From: Amoebophrya sp. A120
Taxonomy: Eukaryota; Protista; Dinoflagellata
Reading direction: 5' to 3'
Assembly: GCA_905178155.1 (NCBI GenBank)
Contig: CAJINV010000001.1
Coordinates: 3,339,675-3,403,674 of the forward strand
Length of the DNA: 64,000 nucleotides
Below the pieces are notes generated by a model. It ran no database searches, was not told where the DNA came from, and was given only the letters and a program-made list of their open reading frames with translations. Shown piece by piece: positions 61,334-64,000 of the stretch. The position numbers were made by a program, and so were the translations under genes. Every line of letters starts with the position of its first letter. Position 1 is the first letter of the stretch.

Positions 61334-62485
61334 TTACTCTTCCGCTGCGGCCGCAGCCTCCTCTTCCGCCGGGGCTATCAAAAGGAAAAATCCCCCCTCC
61401 CCATATCAGAACGGAAATCTGTGATGCAGATTTGTGGCCACAAATCAGCTCTGTCATGCTAGAAGGGAAAAGATGTGGACTGTAGTGCTGGATGGCGTGG
61501 GAAAGCCTTGCATCTTCAGCACGACAGGAGGCAGCTGGAAGTGGGGAGCAGCATGACAAATTGCCTGCAAACGAGGCCAGGACTGCGGCTCGTGGCCTTC
61601 TAGCATTACAAGTAGATTTGTGTACTCAAATACAGCATCGCAAATTTCGTTTTCGATATGGCGTGGGGGGATTTTTCCTTCTGATAGGGGCCGCCGCCTC
61701 CTCAGATTCGACCGGAGCTTCCTATGACTTGCTCAAACGTTACAATCTCACACGTTACAATGAAGTCTGGAATTTGTGTTGCATGATGAGCATGACAGAC
61801 TCGCACAGCGTTCCACGTTTTGCAATACAAATTTCGCCAGATTGTAGTGGGGTTTGGGGCTCCGGAACTTGTCATGCGCAATCCTATGAGAGTTGGCTAG
61901 CTCATGCACTCTTGCATCACAGATTTCGAAATTCTATTGTAACGCTTGAGATCGTAACACCTGAGCAGGTTATACTTCCTCTTCCGTGGCTGGTTCCGCG
62001 GTCTCCTCCGTGGCAGCTGGTTCTTCCTCGGCGGCAGCCGGTGCCTCCTCCTCGGCAGCAGCCGGTGCGGCCTCCTCTTCCGTAGCAGCCGGTGCGGCCT
62101 CCTCTTCGGTAGCCGCCGGTGCGGCCTCCTCTTCGGTAGCCGCCGGTGCGGCCTCCTCTTCGGTGGCGGCCGGAGCCTCCTCTTCGGTAGCAGCCGGTGC
62201 GGCCTCCTCTTCCGTGGCAGCCGGTGCTTCTTCCTCCGCAGCGGCCGGTGCCTCCTCTTCGGTAGCAGCCGGTGCGGCCTCCTCGACCTTCTCCTCCTCG
62301 GTCGCAGCCGGTGTCGTGGTCTCCTCGACCTTCTCTTCCTCGGCCGCCGGTGTCGTGGTCTCCTCGACCTTCTCTTCCTCGACCTTCTCCTCCGCGGCAG
62401 CCGGAACCTCCTCCTCGGTAGCAGCCGGTGCGCTCTCCTCGACCTTCTTATCCTCGGCCGCAAATTCCTCCGCGGCCTTCGCGAC
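61334..62485 (-). CDS. 3' exons of a low-complexity Ala/Glu/Pro/Thr repeat protein (EEEAAPAAT)n; upstream exons not identified
   Basis: After acceptor ccag| reads VAKAAEEFAAEDKKVEESAPAATEEE...; continues in frame across elements 61723 and 61376 to ...AAAAAEE* (TAA at 61334-61336); this frame is missing from the ORF track. Confidence 0.8.
61376..61686. mobile_element. Introner family C
   Basis: TIR; direct repeat GGGGC. Confidence 0.92.
61723..61974. mobile_element. Introner family F (TIR ~TAT(G/A)AC(T/C)TGCTCA...GTTAC(A/G)ATCTCA...CGTTACAAT)
   Basis: Imperfect TIR; direct repeat CTTCC. Confidence 0.88.
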
Positions 62486-63491
62486 CTGGTTTCAAATTAA
62501 TCGAAAAACATCAGTATTGCATTTTGAAGTAAACAAAACTATCTACTACTTATACTTGACTACTAAAGCTATAACAGAACTTATTTTTGCCTTGCGATCT
62601 TGAATTTTGGAACCTGGAAATGGTTTTGGAGACAGGAGTTTGAAAAAAGGAACGCAGCATAGAAAGCGAGCAGGAGAGAGAAGAAATCAGAAACAAGAAG
62701 AAGAGGGGAGAGCAAAGATTTCGTTGTTAGTTTCTTGCGGTCTGCTGGTAGTGAACGTCTTCACCAACGCCTTAAGCACCGGCCTAAACCTACTCCCCGT
62801 TTGCCGACAGGGTGCAGATCGATCATGATCCGCGGCTCCAGCCATGCATAAATCTTCGCTGAGAGATCAAGAGCCTAAAGATGCTAATGCTTGCGCAAGC
62901 ACCTATCTCTCATGAGTGCGCATCTCTCGTGCGTATCTCTCATGCTTATCTCTCATGGAAAAACGCACTTATCATTGACTCTCAGTGCAGAATCGCACTG
63001 CTGTTTGAGCAGAAAGCATGGAAAATTCTCTCAGAAATGAACTAGAAATGAATAAAATGACACTCGCTGATGAAGAAACGAAAGCACCACTGAAATGGAA
63101 TGCACTTCGTGCACGAACAGACTTTTTACTTTCCTTTTCATAAAATGCCTATAAAGAGAGCTGCCTCTATCTTGTAGCCTTGCGTCAGCCCTGGGAAGGA
63201 GGACAGGGCTGGCATCGGATTGAATTAGGAGTGAGAGGTAGCATCTTCCCCGCCTTTGGCATGACCCAGAAGATACTAGAAACACTAGCTCGCCTTTGGC
63301 GTGACCGTGTGAAGGAGGGAGAGGAGGCGGATGGAAATAGGAACGAGAGGAAGCATCTTGCCCGCCTTTGGCGTGACCCAGATACTAGAAACACTAGCCC
63401 GCCTTTGGCGTGACCGTGTTAAGGAGGGAGGAGAGACGAGCCTTGGGAGGAAGAAATTCCTCCGCGGCCTTCGCGACCTGGTTTCAAATTA
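62462..63491. repeat. 38-bp direct repeat (62462-62499 and 63454-63491) enclosing ~950 bp with ~112-bp tandem units
   Basis: AAATTCCTCCGCGGCCTTCGCGACCTGGTTTCAAATTA twice; CGCCTTTGGC(A/G)TGACC four times in 63251-63415. Confidence 0.9.
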
Positions 63492-63825
63492 TATAGGCTC
63501 TCGGAAATTCATGTGAGAATCCATTTCTGAAAAAAAAAATTCGCAAATTTCGAAACCCTCTGCGAATCCTATAACACGCGCCCAAAACCCAGCCCCGGCG
63601 AACCCCATTCAGCTATCAAAGTCAACAAGGCCCCGAAAAGGAGGCTTCTAGAACTCTGAAAGACACGCGCCGTTTTTCTTCCAGAACTCTGGAGCTTCTC
63701 TTTTGTGGACTTCGAACAAGCCGGCCCCCGATCCGGAGCCGCGTGATCCCCGAACGCCGGGGTTGGCTCCATTGCCTAGTCCATGAGTTGGCCACCAGGG
63801 CTTTGAGCTTCTGAAGCTAACAAAT

Positions 63826-63904
63826 TCGACACACGTGAATTTCTCAGGCTCTGAAAGAAAAACGCCGTTTTTCTTTCAGAGCCTGAGAAATTCATGTGTG
63901 TCGA
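63826..63904. repeat. Near-perfect palindrome, 39-bp arms with a 1-nt centre
   Basis: TCGACACACGTGAATTTCTCAGGCTCTGAAAGAAAAACG-C-reverse complement with one mismatch. Confidence 0.92.
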
Positions 63905-64000
63905 CCTCGAACAAGCCGGCCCCCGATCCGGAGCCGGGTGATCCCGCCTATGCTGGTAGCCACGTGGGGCCGTGTCATTTGTCTCTCCTCGAGCCGCCTC

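Noticed and set aside
61897-62603. Arg-rich protamine-like ORF (61897-62463, minus) and Ser/Ala-rich ORF (61986-62603, plus)
   Set aside because: Alternative frames of the EEEAAPAAT repeat; only that frame fits the acceptor and continues across the introners to a stop.
62735-62795. tRNA/SINE-like segment on the minus strand (GGCCGGTGCTTAAGGCG)
   Set aside because: No T-arm GTTCRA in proper spacing and no acceptor stem.

Overview
Eukaryotic protist DNA, most likely a syndinean dinoflagellate such as Amoebophrya. This is inferred from gene style and intron type, not from a database match. All recognisable genes lie on the minus strand: a single-domain 6TM ion channel, an FkbM-type methyltransferase, a PX-domain (sorting nexin-like) protein, IFT140, a ~29-kb HUWE1/UPL1-like HECT E3 ligase and the 3' end of an Ala/Glu/Pro/Thr repeat protein. 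The dominant feature is 29 MITE-like elements (introners) of at least 7 terminal-inverted-repeat (TIR) families. All lie inside coding sequence, have TAT...ATA ends (one CAT) and are flanked by a 5-bp direct repeat. Removing the element plus one repeat copy restores the reading frame wherever I checked, although the junctions examined offer no GT-AG boundaries. The elements occur in both orientations, share an internal GCATNACAR motif across families, cluster in mixed-family pairs, and three carry nested insertions. Separately, positions 1-2655 hold three identical 39-bp imperfect palindromes separating ~1.2-1.3 kb GC-rich blocks, and a related motif recurs in a 2.75-kb nested insertion. Coordinates were read by eye; outer gene boundaries are approximate.
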